Positions 21,859-32,949 of a DNA stretch of 64,000 nt are shown here, piece by piece. Source of the stretch: Bacteroidales bacterium (GTDB lineage Bacteria > Bacteroidota > Bacteroidia > Bacteroidales > VadinHA17); the NCBI GenBank assembly GCA_017999895.1, contig JAGNKY010000001.1:218715-282714 (forward strand), in the 5' to 3' direction. Every line of letters begins with the position of its first letter. Within the stretch, counting starts at the first letter, position 1. Made by a program: the position numbers and the translations under genes. The notes under the pieces were generated by a model. It did no database searches, had not been told where the DNA came from, and saw nothing but the letters and a program-made list of their open reading frames with translations.

Positions 21859-24800
21859 ATGAGGGAATCAGTATTACTTGCACTGATACATATCTTTGCA
21901 ATCATATCAACGGTTAATCCGGGCGGGGTCACCAGTCGCGGAAAGAAAATTCTTAGAAGCTATCTGAGAAGATATCTTAACAGAGAGCTTGAAGAAGAAT
22001 ATTTTTCTTTGTTCGAGAATAATCTGGAATTTTATTCGAATGAATTAAAAAATCTCGACCGCAGTGAGCTTGATAATGAAAATTCCTTGATTACATTCCA
22101 GATTACAAATATCTGCCGTCAGATTAAAAAAGGTCTCTTCATTGAAGAGAGAATGATTGTATTCATTCAACTTCTTGAATTTACTTTTGAAGATGGCCAG
22201 ATTACAGAGCAGGAAAAAAACATCATTGATATAGTTGCGCGTTCATTCAACATAAACCGAAAGGAATACAATAATGCTTTTGCTTTCATGATTGGAGGTC
22301 AGTTTGACAAAGTTTCTCCAGATTGTATGCTTGTAATAGAAAGTGATAACCCTCAGTACAGAACAAATTCAGGCTTTGAGAATTACAATAAGTGGAAACA
22401 TCTGTATATTAAAGGTTTCAAAGGTAATCTGTATGTTCTTCATATTGAGAGTACGGGTTCACTCCTTCTTATATACGATGGTCCACTGGCTTTATATTTT
22501 AGAGGGAGAGATATTATCGCATACCGTCCTTATCTCCTGGAAAGAGGGGTAAATATTAAAGGCCCGGGAATTGAACCTATCTATTATTCCAAGGTTTATA
22601 AAGCATTTATATTAGAAAACCTACGCGAAAAAGTTATTTTTGAAGGTCACAATATCGAATTCAGATTTAAAAATTCGGATAATGGCATAAAACCATTAAA
22701 TTTTAAGCTTGAGTCAGGCAATCTTGTCGGAATAATGGGGAGTAGCGGCGTAGGTAAAACTACTCTGCTCGATGTTTTACATGGTAAAATAAAGCCTGAT
22801 AAAGGCAATATCTTTATTAACGGCCATGACCTTTATAAAGATGCGGAAAACTTGAAGGGCCTGATCGGTTACGTTCCGCAGGATGACCTTCTGCTTGAGG
22901 AACTTACCGTTTATCAGAATCTTTATTTTAACGCAAGACTTTGTTTCGGGGATTATACAGAGCAACAGCTAAACGAAATTGTCGAGAAGATTCTCACCAA
23001 TCTTGAACTTATTGAAATTAAGAACCTTCAGGTGGGCGATGTTCTCGACAAAAAAATCAGTGGCGGTCAGCGTAAAAGGCTTAACATAGGACTTGAACTA
23101 ATGAGGGAACCTGCAGTTCTGTTTGTTGATGAACCCACTTCAGGATTATCATCGCACGACTCCAGGAATGTAATGGAAATTCTGAGAAAACAAGCCCTTT
23201 CAGGTAAGCTTGTGGTTGTAAATATTCACCAGCCCTCATCGGATATTCTTAAGCTTTTCGACCGACTATGGATTCTCGACAGGGGCGGGTATATGGTTTA
23301 TGATGGGGATCCGATAGAAGCTCTCGTTTATTTGAAAACCGAAACATCACAGGCTAACGCCGCAGAAAGCGAATGCCCAAACTGCGGAAACATTGATACT
23401 GATAATATTCTTCAGATTATTGAAGTAAAAGTTATAGACGAAAATGGTTATCCTGGCAAAGAGAGGCAAATATCACCATCAGAGTGGTACGAGAAATATA
23501 AGCGCAAAATGATGCCTAAGTTTGCAGGAGTCCCACCAAAAACACCTCTTCCTGCAAGCAACTTCAAAGTGCCGGGTAAGCTGTATCAGATAAGAACATT
23601 TATCAAGCGAAACTTTTTGAGAAAAATAGTAGACAAACAATATGTTGCTTTAAATCTCTTAGAATCGCCTGTTCTTGCATTTATCCTTGGTTATTTTTCA
23701 AAATATACTTCCGAAAATAATTACACATTTGCAGGTAATAAAAATTATCCAGTCTTTCTTTTCATGGAAGTGGTTGTTGCCCTTTTCCTTGGACTTATGG
23801 TAAGTGCAGAGGAAATATTCAGGGATAGAAAAATACTTCTTCGAGAGAAATTCCTGAATATCAGCAGACTAAGCTATCTTATTTCCAAACTTAATTACCT
23901 GTTCATTCTTTCTGCCATACAATCTTTGTTTTTTGTTGCCATTTCGAGCATGGTTCTGGAAATAAGGGGAATGTTCTGGCAGCAATGGCTAATTTTCTTT
24001 ACGACCGCTTGCTATGGTAACCTTCTGGGATTGAATTTATCGGCTGGTTTAAGAACTGTTGTAAGTATCTATATATTTATTCCGTTGATTCTTGTACCTC
24101 AGTTACTTCTGGGAGGTGCAATGATACAATTCGATGATTTGCATCCGTCGCTTACAAATAAAGAATATGTTCCGGTTATCGGTGACCTTATGGCTACAAG
24201 ATGGTCGTATGAGGCTGAAATGGTGGAAGGTTTCAAAGGAAATAGATACAATAAGCCTGTTTTCAAATATAATCTTGAAATTGAGCAAAATAATTATTAC
24301 AAAGATGAACTTATAAGAAATCTTAAAAATGAGGTTATAAGTTATGTCTTGCAAAGAAAAGATAAAGAGGGGAAGGATGTAATTGAAAATAAACTTAAGA
24401 TTTTGAAATATCATATAAATCAGCTTGCGGGTATTTCAGGAATTGCTCCTGGTAACTGGACCGCCATGATTAGTTATGAAGGATTCGATGAAAGAACGGC
24501 CGATTCAGTAAATGTTTTCTTTGGAAAGGTTCAAAAATATTTTATTGACGAGAACAAATATTATTTCAACCTTAAGCTTGAGGCTGAAAAGAAATTAGCG
24601 GAAGAGATAAAAGGCATGAGTGAAGATGAGTTTGCCACTGCATATAATAATATAAGGCTTGCAGATATTGTGCTTAACCAGACCGAATTACTTTCGGAAA
24701 AAAAATATGTGATTAATAAGGATCATTTTGTACAAAAGTCGACCCCTATATACATGAAACCTACATCAAATTACGGGAGAGCACATTTTTTTGCTCCATA

Positions 24801-24981
24801 TAAGCAGATTGGAAATATTAAAATTGACACTTTATTTTTTGATTTAATTGCCATCTGGTTGATGTCATTTGTTTTTTTCATAACCCTTTATTATAATCTC
24901 CTTTATATTTTCATACATTATCTTGAGATACGGGGATTTCCTTTCCTGAGGAAGTTTGGAAGGCATCTTATTGAAAGATGA
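21859..24981 (+). CDS. ABCG-type (ABC-2) transporter: N-terminal TerB-like domain, ATPase and permease fused
   Basis: 1040 aa. Walker A GSSGVGKTT, signature ISGGQRKRL, Walker B LFVDEPTSGL, a CPNCG knuckle, then about 6 TM helices. The ~280-aa N-terminal extension has a TerB/DjlA-like helical region. Confidence 0.8.
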   Translation: MRESVLLALIHIFAIISTVNPGGVTSRGKKILRSYLRRYLNRELEEEYFSLFENNLEFYSNELKNLDRSELDNENSLITFQITNICRQIKKGLFIEERMIVFIQLLEFTFEDGQITEQEKNIIDIVARSFNINRKEYNNAFAFMIGGQFDKVSPDCMLVIESDNPQYRTNSGFENYNKWKHLYIKGFKGNLYVLHIESTGSLLLIYDGPLALYFRGRDIIAYRPYLLERGVNIKGPGIEPIYYSKVYKAFILENLREKVIFEGHNIEFRFKNSDNGIKPLNFKLESGNLVGIMGSSGVGKTTLLDVLHGKIKPDKGNIFINGHDLYKDAENLKGLIGYVPQDDLLLEELTVYQNLYFNARLCFGDYTEQQLNEIVEKILTNLELIEIKNLQVGDVLDKKISGGQRKRLNIGLELMREPAVLFVDEPTSGLSSHDSRNVMEILRKQALSGKLVVVNIHQPSSDILKLFDRLWILDRGGYMVYDGDPIEALVYLKTETSQANAAESECPNCGNIDTDNILQIIEVKVIDENGYPGKERQISPSEWYEKYKRKMMPKFAGVPPKTPLPASNFKVPGKLYQIRTFIKRNFLRKIVDKQYVALNLLESPVLAFILGYFSKYTSENNYTFAGNKNYPVFLFMEVVVALFLGLMVSAEEIFRDRKILLREKFLNISRLSYLISKLNYLFILSAIQSLFFVAISSMVLEIRGMFWQQWLIFFTTACYGNLLGLNLSAGLRTVVSIYIFIPLILVPQLLLGGAMIQFDDLHPSLTNKEYVPVIGDLMATRWSYEAEMVEGFKGNRYNKPVFKYNLEIEQNNYYKDELIRNLKNEVISYVLQRKDKEGKDVIENKLKILKYHINQLAGISGIAPGNWTAMISYEGFDERTADSVNVFFGKVQKYFIDENKYYFNLKLEAEKKLAEEIKGMSEDEFATAYNNIRLADIVLNQTELLSEKKYVINKDHFVQKSTPIYMKPTSNYGRAHFFAPYKQIGNIKIDTLFFDLIAIWLMSFVFFITLYYNLLYIFIHYLEIRGFPFLRKFGRHLIER

Positions 24982-25009
24982 AATATATTTTTATTCAATC
25001 AATTCTACA

Positions 25010-25789
25010 ATGAATGGAATACGACCCAAAAAAAGCCTTGGACAGCATTTCCTTAAAGATACAGGCATAGCTGATAGAATAGCAGGATCACTTCTGGCTG
25101 AAGGCTGTGATTCTGTTCTCGAAATTGGCCCTGCAACTGGGGTTCTGACCAGGCCTCTTATTGAGATGGGTTTTAAGGATTTCCGGGTTGTTGAAATTGA
25201 TAGAAATCTGGTAGAATATCTTAAAAATAATCTCGGAAGTTATTGCGACATAATTGAAGGCGATTTTCTTGAGCTCGACCTTGAAAAACTTTTTCCCGGC
25301 ACTCTTGCCATAACAGGGAATTTTCCTTATAACATATCTGCTCCGATACTTTTCAAGGTACTCAGATACAGGGACAAAGTAATTGAACTGACAGGTATGT
25401 TTCAGCGTGAAGTTGCAAAGCGATTATGTGCCGTTCCTGGTTCTAAAACATACGGCATAATAAGTGTTCTTATTCAGGCATTCTATAATGTGGAATATCT
25501 TTTCACCGTTTCGGAAAATGTTTTTTTCCCACCTCCAAAGGTCAAGTCGGCGGTGATAAGAATGAGAAGAAACAACACAAAACATCTCAATTGTGACGAG
25601 GAACTCTTCTTAAAAGTTGTGAAGTCGTCATTCAATCAGCGCAGGAAAATGCTTCGTAATTCGTTGAAATCGGCTTTCAGGTTGAGATCAGAAGATAATC
25701 CATTATTACATTTACGACCGGAACAACTAACCGTTGAGCAATTTATAAATCTTACGCGCTGGGTTTCGGAAAATATAATATCAGAATGA
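25010..25789 (+). CDS. rsmA: 16S rRNA (adenine1518/1519-N6)-dimethyltransferase
   Basis: PKKSLGQHFL and EIGPATG motifs. The start is taken at the internal ATG (MNGIRPKK) rather than the ORF-track start at 24956, which overlaps the ABC gene. Confidence 0.92.
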   Translation: MNGIRPKKSLGQHFLKDTGIADRIAGSLLAEGCDSVLEIGPATGVLTRPLIEMGFKDFRVVEIDRNLVEYLKNNLGSYCDIIEGDFLELDLEKLFPGTLAITGNFPYNISAPILFKVLRYRDKVIELTGMFQREVAKRLCAVPGSKTYGIISVLIQAFYNVEYLFTVSENVFFPPPKVKSAVIRMRRNNTKHLNCDEELFLKVVKSSFNQRRKMLRNSLKSAFRLRSEDNPLLHLRPEQLTVEQFINLTRWVSENIISE

Positions 25790-27043
25790 ATATCCGATTG
25801 CGTCTACCGGATTCATCTTTGCGGCCGTATAAGCCGGAGCATACCCTGCTACAATTCCTATAACACCTGAAATAAAAATTCCAAGAAGAATGTTTCCTAA
25901 AGTCAGAAACATATTCATTTCATAGAGGTAATTAACAACAAGAGTCCCAAGAAATACGAAGAACAATCCTAAAATTCCTCCCATCAGGGACAACATGACC
26001 GATTCGGAAAGGAATTGAAGGAGGATAAAGAAACGTTTTGCACCTAGAGCTTTCTGGATTCCGATGATATTTGTCCTTTCTTTTACCGAAACAAACATGA
26101 TATTTGCTATGCCGAATCCGCCAACAAGTATAGCAAACCCGCCGATAAGCCATCCTCCGGCATTTATTCCTGCGAACACAGTATTAAATCCCTGAGTAAG
26201 AAGACTTGCCTTATTGACTGAAAAGTTAGATATTTCTCCAGGCCTGAGTCTTCTCGATACTCTAAGAATCATTGTAATTTCATCAGAAAGTTCATCAAGG
26301 GGTACCTGAGGTTTAGCTTTTATCATAATCTGAGTTTCGGCCGATCGCCTGCGTAAATTGATGAATGATTTTGCAAAGTTCAAGGGAACAAGCGTTATTT
26401 CATCCATTCCGCTGTCGCTTATTCCACCCTTACCTTCTTTTCTTATAACCCCTATAACAGTTGTTTTAAAACCGGCAATTATTATTTCCTTACCAATAGG
26501 CTCCCTGTTTTCAAAAAGTCGCGATGCAATTTCAGCACCTAAAATTGCGACATTTTTGCCGGCTTGTGCTTCGAATATTGAAAAATATCTGCCTTTTTCT
26601 ATTTCAAAATTCCTGATATCCTTATATTCTATTGTGCTTGCCAATATATTGGCATTATTTATCGAATTATTTTCAAATTTGATAACAACAGGTCTGTAAA
26701 CGGTAAAACAAGTCGATTGTGCGAACTTTGATTTGTTTGATACAGCTTCATAATCTTCAATTGAAACAGGAGGCCACTTTACAATGTCCCACCAGTTAAG
26801 ATTAGGATCGAACGACCATGGGAATTTCTGAACATAAATCACATTATCACCCAGAGTGGAAATGCTGTCACGAATTGACTTCTCCATCCAATCAAGAACA
26901 GTAAAAACTGAAATTATAGAGACAATTCCAATTGTGATACCAAAAAGTGTAAGGAAAGTTCTAAGCTTGTTTACGGAAATTGAATTGAAAGCAAAAATAA
27001 TTCCCTCCTTTATTAATCTTAGAAATATTACCTTATTTTTCAT
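25781..27043 (-). CDS. ABC transporter permease, MacB/FtsX family
   Basis: N-terminal TM segment, a MacB-type periplasmic domain, and a C-terminal FtsX 3-TM bundle (KALGAKRFFILLQFL). The likely start is the ATG at 27043. Confidence 0.85.
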   Translation of the reverse strand: MKNKVIFLRLIKEGIIFAFNSISVNKLRTFLTLFGITIGIVSIISVFTVLDWMEKSIRDSISTLGDNVIYVQKFPWSFDPNLNWWDIVKWPPVSIEDYEAVSNKSKFAQSTCFTVYRPVVIKFENNSINNANILASTIEYKDIRNFEIEKGRYFSIFEAQAGKNVAILGAEIASRLFENREPIGKEIIIAGFKTTVIGVIRKEGKGGISDSGMDEITLVPLNFAKSFINLRRRSAETQIMIKAKPQVPLDELSDEITMILRVSRRLRPGEISNFSVNKASLLTQGFNTVFAGINAGGWLIGGFAILVGGFGIANIMFVSVKERTNIIGIQKALGAKRFFILLQFLSESVMLSLMGGILGLFFVFLGTLVVNYLYEMNMFLTLGNILLGIFISGVIGIVAGYAPAYTAAKMNPVDAIGYSF

Positions 27044-27228
27044 AACATTGTCGCTCAGCGATTTCTTTTTATATAAAGAATTCAAAAATAGCAAATTTAA
27101 TTCATACCTTTATTTATTAATATTTTGGTTTAATATAATTAATTGAATTTAATCGGACTTATAAAAAAAAATTAGCTATTTTTATTCGCCCTGAAGGGAT
27201 GGCGTTTTGCAATCATAAATTACAGAAA

Positions 27229-28752
27229 ATGAGAGAAAAAAAAATTAAGAGTGCGCTTATTTCAGTGTTTTATAAGGAGGGACTGGAAGAAATTGTTAGA
27301 ATTCTTAACGATCTCGGTGTCAGAATTATATCTACAGGCGGAACTCATGATTTCATAAAAGGGCTCGGAATATCTTCCGAAGCTGTTGAAAAGCTTACGA
27401 GTTTCCCCTCTATTATCGGAGGTCGTGTGAAAACGTTGCACCCTTTGATTTTCGGCGGTATTCTTGCGCGAAGAGACAATAATGAAGATATTAATCAGAT
27501 GAGAAATTACAATATACCGGAAATAGATATGGTTGTTGTGGATCTCTATCCCTTTGAAGAAACAGTATCCTCACTGGCAGATGAGGAGGAGATAATCGAA
27601 AAAATAGATATAGGAGGCGTTGCCCTTATACGCGCTGCTGCAAAAAATTTCAACGACGTTCTGGTCGTATCGTCGAGAGCACAATATAGCAGACTTACCG
27701 AGTTGCTCAGGAAGGATAATGGGTACACTTCAATTGAAGAAAGGAAACAATTTGCAACAGAAGCCTTCAGTATTACATCAGGTTATGATGTGGCAATTTT
27801 TAAATATTTTAACCGCGAGAGATATTTCCCTGCTTTTAGAGAGAGTTTCGAACCGCCTCTCCTTTTAAGATATGGAGAAAATCCTCATCAGAAAGGAATA
27901 TTTTTCGGTAAACTTGAGGAAGTATTCGACAAGCTTCATGGGAAGGAGATATCATATAACAATCTGCTCGATATAGATGCTGCACTTTCTTTATCGTTTG
28001 AATTTTCGAATCCTGCATTTATAATTACCAAGCATACAAATGCATGTGGAGTTGCCGAAAGAGACAATATTTTCGATGCATGGAAAGATGCTCTTGCATG
28101 CGATCCTGTTTCGGCTTATGGAGGTGTTTTAGCATGTAACCGGCCTATAGATGAAAAAACCGCAAACGAGATTGACAAACTGTTTTTTGAGATAATAATT
28201 TCTCCAGGATATGAGCCTTTAGCTCTTGAGATACTTAAACATAAAAAAAACAGAATTATATTGCTACAAAAGGATTTCAACTTCTCTCCACATGTTTTCA
28301 GAAGCAACCTCAATGGAGTTTTATGGCAGGAGAGGGACAATATAACCGAAGACATAAGCCTTATGCAACCCGTTACAGTAAGGGTACCAGATAAAAGAGA
28401 ATATGACGATCTTGCTTTCGCTTTGAAAATAGTTAAGCATAGCAAATCGAATGCTATTGTCCTGGCAATGAATAAACAACTTTATGCAAGCGGTGTCGGA
28501 CAAACGTCAAGGATAGACGCACTGAAACATGCAGTGGAAAAAGCAGGTATGTTCGGATTTAATCTTAACGGTGCAGTGCTTGCTTCCGATGCTTTTTTTC
28601 CTTTTGCCGACTGTGTAGAGATGGCTCAGAAAGCAGGTATCACAGCTATAGTCCAACCTGGAGGCTCGATAAGAGATCAGGATTCGATTGACCTATGCAA
28701 TAAGCACAACATAGCAATGGTTTTTACAGGAATAAGACATTTTAAACATTAG
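27229..28752 (+). CDS. purH: bifunctional AICAR transformylase / IMP cyclohydrolase
   Basis: ALISVFYKEGL...STGGT and GGRVKTLHP motifs, plus C-terminal QPGGSIRD. The likely start is the ATG at 27229. Confidence 0.95.
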   Translation: MREKKIKSALISVFYKEGLEEIVRILNDLGVRIISTGGTHDFIKGLGISSEAVEKLTSFPSIIGGRVKTLHPLIFGGILARRDNNEDINQMRNYNIPEIDMVVVDLYPFEETVSSLADEEEIIEKIDIGGVALIRAAAKNFNDVLVVSSRAQYSRLTELLRKDNGYTSIEERKQFATEAFSITSGYDVAIFKYFNRERYFPAFRESFEPPLLLRYGENPHQKGIFFGKLEEVFDKLHGKEISYNNLLDIDAALSLSFEFSNPAFIITKHTNACGVAERDNIFDAWKDALACDPVSAYGGVLACNRPIDEKTANEIDKLFFEIIISPGYEPLALEILKHKKNRIILLQKDFNFSPHVFRSNLNGVLWQERDNITEDISLMQPVTVRVPDKREYDDLAFALKIVKHSKSNAIVLAMNKQLYASGVGQTSRIDALKHAVEKAGMFGFNLNGAVLASDAFFPFADCVEMAQKAGITAIVQPGGSIRDQDSIDLCNKHNIAMVFTGIRHFKH

Positions 28753-28770
28753 AAACAATTTAAAGCTTAT

Positions 28771-29793
28771 ATGGGATTATTTTCATTTTTAACTCAGGAG
28801 ATTGCGATAGACCTTGGCACAGCCAATACTGTCATCATTCAGAACGATAAGGTTGTAGTTGATGAGCCTTCGATAGTAGCCATCGACAGAAATACAGGCA
28901 AACTAATTGCCATCGGTGAGCAGGCAAGGCAAATGCATGGAAAGACTCATGAAAATATACAAACTATAAGACCTTTACACGATGGTGTGATTGCAGATTT
29001 TAATGCCGCAGAATTGATGATAAGAGGAATGATTAAAATGATTAATAAAAATTCCAGGCTCTACAGTCCTACTCTAAGAATGGTCATAGGCATCCCTTCC
29101 GGAAGTACTGAGGTTGAAATCAGAGCTGTGCGCGATTCCTCAGAACATGCCGGCGGGAGAGACGTTTATATGATTTATGAACCAATGGCTGCAGCAATAG
29201 GCATTGGACTTGACGTGGAAGCACCTGAAGGTTCTATGGTTGTGGATATCGGTGGAGGAACAGCCGAAATAGCAGTTATAGCTCTCGGTGGAATAGTGTG
29301 CTTTAAATCAATAAGAATTGCAGGCGACAGCTTTACATCGGATATTCAAACTTATATGCGCCACCAGCATAATATAAAGATTGGAGAAAGGTCGGCCGAA
29401 GATATTAAGATTGCCGTAGGTGCCGCCCTGCCGGATATTGATAACCCTCCTCCAGATTATATCGTTCGCGGACCAAATATAATGACCAGCCTGCCTGTAG
29501 AGATTCCGGTATCTTATCAGGAAATTGCTTATTGTCTTGATAAATCACTCTCAAAAATAGAAGCTGCAGTTTTGAACGTGCTTGAACAAACTCCTCCTGA
29601 ACTTTATTCTGATATTGTCAATAAAGGTATATTCCTTACAGGAGGAAGCTCTTTGCTTAGAGGCCTCGATAAAAGACTTACCGACAAAATAAATATTAAT
29701 TTCAAAGTAGTCGAAGATCCTTTGAGAGCCGTTGCAAGAGGTACAGCAGTTGCCCTAAAAAATATCGATAAGTTCCAGTTTCTGATGAGATGA
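28771..29793 (+). CDS. mreB: rod shape-determining protein MreB
   Basis: 340 aa with an actin-fold (DLGTANT, DIGGGTAE). Confidence 0.96.
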   Translation: MGLFSFLTQEIAIDLGTANTVIIQNDKVVVDEPSIVAIDRNTGKLIAIGEQARQMHGKTHENIQTIRPLHDGVIADFNAAELMIRGMIKMINKNSRLYSPTLRMVIGIPSGSTEVEIRAVRDSSEHAGGRDVYMIYEPMAAAIGIGLDVEAPEGSMVVDIGGGTAEIAVIALGGIVCFKSIRIAGDSFTSDIQTYMRHQHNIKIGERSAEDIKIAVGAALPDIDNPPPDYIVRGPNIMTSLPVEIPVSYQEIAYCLDKSLSKIEAAVLNVLEQTPPELYSDIVNKGIFLTGGSSLLRGLDKRLTDKININFKVVEDPLRAVARGTAVALKNIDKFQFLMR

Positions 29794-29800
29794 AGAATAG

Positions 29801-30628
29801 ATGAAAAGTCTCCTCCAATTCCTGACGAAGCATAACAGGCTTATAATATTTATTCTTCTGGAAGGAGTGGCATTCTATCTTATTTTTACTTCGAATAATT
29901 ACCATAATACTCAGCTTGTAAAAGGAATAAGAAGCTCCACTCTTGCATGGGAGTCAATAATCAAAAATATGACTAATTATTTTAGAATTAAAAAGTTGAA
30001 TGCTGAACTCCAGACAGAAAACCGAGAATTAAGAAATACACTAGAAAAAATGATTTCAGTACGTAAAGATTCCATTTTATCCGTAATTTTAATTACCACT
30101 GAAGAACCTCAATATGAGTTTATCGCGGCAGAAGTTGTCAATAATTCTGTCAACCGTCAAAAGAATTTTTTTACTCTTAATGTCGGCACAAAGCAGGGAG
30201 CGGATGTAAACATGGGAGTAATAAGTCCCAGTGGTGCGGCAGGAATTATAATCTCGGCAGGAAAGAATTATTCAGTTGCTATTTCACTTCTTAACCTTGA
30301 TTTCCGTCTTAGTGCAAAAATAAAATCGAATGATTATTTCGGCTCTCTTTCCTGGGATGGTAGTAATTATAGATATGCAATTTTGAACGATATACCGCAA
30401 CATGTATTGCTGAACAAAGGAGATACTGTTGTAACCACAGGATATTCGGCTATTTTCCCGGCCGGAATAATGGTAGGAACAATAAGTGATTTTGAAAAAT
30501 CGGGAAGTGAGTTTTATAGCATAAAAGTGAAGCTCGCTACCGATTTTAAAAAGCTTGCCCACGTATATCTAATTAAGAATAACCGCAGGCAGGAACAGAT
30601 TTCAATTGAGAAGGAATATAATGATTAA
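29801..30628 (+). CDS. mreC: rod shape-determining protein MreC
   Basis: 275 aa with an N-terminal TM segment, a coiled coil and a beta-barrel domain. Positioned between mreB and mreD. Confidence 0.88.
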   Translation: MKSLLQFLTKHNRLIIFILLEGVAFYLIFTSNNYHNTQLVKGIRSSTLAWESIIKNMTNYFRIKKLNAELQTENRELRNTLEKMISVRKDSILSVILITTEEPQYEFIAAEVVNNSVNRQKNFFTLNVGTKQGADVNMGVISPSGAAGIIISAGKNYSVAISLLNLDFRLSAKIKSNDYFGSLSWDGSNYRYAILNDIPQHVLLNKGDTVVTTGYSAIFPAGIMVGTISDFEKSGSEFYSIKVKLATDFKKLAHVYLIKNNRRQEQISIEKEYND

Positions 30629-31127
30629 CAAAGTATTAAGATATACGACTATCTATCTGGTACTTTTACTCCTGCAGGTACTGGTATTGAACAATATACA
30701 GTTTAGCGGTTATATAAATCCCTATGTTTACATTCTTTTTATACTTTTACTTCCTTATGAAACTCCGGGATGGATGCTTCTATTAGTATCTTTTCTTGGG
30801 GGTCTTATTATTGACTTCTTTACAGGCACCCCCGGAATGCATGCGGCCGCCACAGTTGCCGCTGCGTTTGTACGACCATATATTCTGATATCAATCTCTC
30901 CACGGGAAGGATATAAAGCCGAAACAGAACTATCAGCCGCTGTTTACGGGTTCAAATGGTTTGTCATTTATGCCCTTGGGATGGTTTTTGTTCATCATCT
31001 CATTCTGTTTTATCTTGAAGTATTCAGGCTGAATGATTTTTTCAGAACCCTGGCACGAGTGATTCTCAGTACAGCTTTTACCGCTGTAATTATTCTAATG
31101 CTGGAATATTTTAGAAAAGGCCGGTAA
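30621..31127 (+). CDS. mreD: rod shape-determining protein MreD
   Basis: ~168-aa polytopic membrane protein directly after mreC. The start at 30621 overlaps the mreC stop. Confidence 0.75.
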   Translation: MINKVLRYTTIYLVLLLLQVLVLNNIQFSGYINPYVYILFILLLPYETPGWMLLLVSFLGGLIIDFFTGTPGMHAAATVAAAFVRPYILISISPREGYKAETELSAAVYGFKWFVIYALGMVFVHHLILFYLEVFRLNDFFRTLARVILSTAFTAVIILMLEYFRKGR

Positions 31128-31137
31128 ATATGCAGGG

Positions 31138-32949
31138 ATGAAAGATCGTTACATTAATAGAAGAATAGTGGTTGCTACAATGATAATTGTTGCTGCATTA
31201 GTTTTAGCTGTAAGGCTTTTCACTATCCAGGTAGTTGAAACTTCATACCGTGTGTCAGCCGAAAATAATGTTTTACGTTATGTTACACAATATCCGGCCA
31301 GGGGGCTTATATATGAACGTAACCGTAAATTACTTGTTTATAATCAGGTTGCTTATGACCTAATGGTTGTTCCTGTTCAGGTTTCATTATTAGACACGAC
31401 TGAGTTCTGCAACTCACTTGGCATAACAAAAGAATATTTCAACGAACGCATGAAAGCCGCTAAAAACTATTCAAAGAGAGTGCCTTCGATATTTCTTAAA
31501 CAAATCTCGGCCGAGACGTATGCCGCATTCCAGGAAAAAATGTTCAAATTTCAAGGTTTTTATGTCCAGCCAAGAACGCTTCGTAAATATTCAAAGCCTG
31601 TTGCAGCGCATGTGCTGGGTTATGTGAGTGAAGTTGACGAAGGAATTATAAAAAAGAATCCTTACTATAAACCTGGAGATTATATAGGAACTACAGGCAT
31701 CGAGGAAGCTTACGAGAAGGAGTTAAGGGGGAAGAAAGGATTGAAAATTTATCTTGTCGACGTTTACGGTAGAGTAAAAGGCTCTTATGAAGATGGCCGA
31801 CTTGATACTGCAGCGGTTCAGGGCAAGGACGTTATTTCGACAATTGACCTCGAGCTTCAGGAATATGCGGAGATGTTAATGTGCAATAAATCAGGAAGCA
31901 TTGTGGCTATTGAGCCCGCAACAGGAGAAATATTGACTCTTGTTTCATTTCCTGCTTATGATCCATCACTTCTTATAGGCAGGGCTAGATCTGAGAATTT
32001 TCAACAACTGCAGGCTGATACTACAAAACCTATCTTTAACCGCGCAATAATGGCAGCTTATCCTCCCGGTTCGACTTTAAAGCCTGTAAATGGGCTTGTT
32101 GCTTTGCAGGAAAAAGTTATTACTCCATCAACACTTTTTGGCTGTAGCCCTGGTTATCTTTTTGTCGGATGTCATATTCATGAAACTCCGCTCGATATTA
32201 TAGGTGCAATCAAAAATTCATGCAATTCATATTTCTGCCAGGCATTCCGCAAAATCATGGAAAATCCTTCACACTCTTCGATATCGTCTGCTTATGATAA
32301 ATGGAGATTCTATCTTAATCAGCTTGGTTTCGGCCGTACAATAGGATACGATCTGGTGAATGAAAAGCCTGGTTTTTTACCCGATACCTCATTTTATAAT
32401 GACCGTTACGGGAAAAATAGATGGAAATCACTCACAATAATTTCCCTTGCAATAGGTCAGGGTGAAATAGGCGCATCACCCCTTCAGATGGCTAATGTAA
32501 CTGCCGCAATAGCAAACAGGGGTTTTTATTACAGCCCGCATCTGGTAAAGGCTATCGGTGATTCTGCAAATGTAGCGCAAAGTGTAGCTTATAAGCATAA
32601 TATATCGGTTGATTCGGTGAATTTTGAGTATATAATAAAAGGGATGGAGGAGGCAGTGAACGGAAGTGGCGGTGCAACTGCAAAAATTGCTGCAATTAAT
32701 GATATAATAATTTGTGGCAAAACAGGAACAGCTCAGAATCCGCATGGTAAAGATCATTCAATATTTGTTGCTTTTGCTCCGAAAGATAAGCCAGAAATAG
32801 CAATTGCAGTTTATATTGAAAATGCTGGTTTTGGTGCCACTTATGCTGCTCCGGTTGCCAGCCTTATAATAGAGAAATATCTTAAGGGCACGGTTTCCCG
32901 TAAGTACCTTGAAGATTATGTTATGGGATTGCAAGTGAGTAGAGAATAA
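31138..32949 (+). CDS. mrdA: penicillin-binding protein 2 (elongasome transpeptidase)
   Basis: 603 aa with transpeptidase motifs STLK, SCN and KTGT. Lies in the mre operon. Confidence 0.93.
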   Translation: MKDRYINRRIVVATMIIVAALVLAVRLFTIQVVETSYRVSAENNVLRYVTQYPARGLIYERNRKLLVYNQVAYDLMVVPVQVSLLDTTEFCNSLGITKEYFNERMKAAKNYSKRVPSIFLKQISAETYAAFQEKMFKFQGFYVQPRTLRKYSKPVAAHVLGYVSEVDEGIIKKNPYYKPGDYIGTTGIEEAYEKELRGKKGLKIYLVDVYGRVKGSYEDGRLDTAAVQGKDVISTIDLELQEYAEMLMCNKSGSIVAIEPATGEILTLVSFPAYDPSLLIGRARSENFQQLQADTTKPIFNRAIMAAYPPGSTLKPVNGLVALQEKVITPSTLFGCSPGYLFVGCHIHETPLDIIGAIKNSCNSYFCQAFRKIMENPSHSSISSAYDKWRFYLNQLGFGRTIGYDLVNEKPGFLPDTSFYNDRYGKNRWKSLTIISLAIGQGEIGASPLQMANVTAAIANRGFYYSPHLVKAIGDSANVAQSVAYKHNISVDSVNFEYIIKGMEEAVNGSGGATAKIAAINDIIICGKTGTAQNPHGKDHSIFVAFAPKDKPEIAIAVYIENAGFGATYAAPVASLIIEKYLKGTVSRKYLEDYVMGLQVSRE

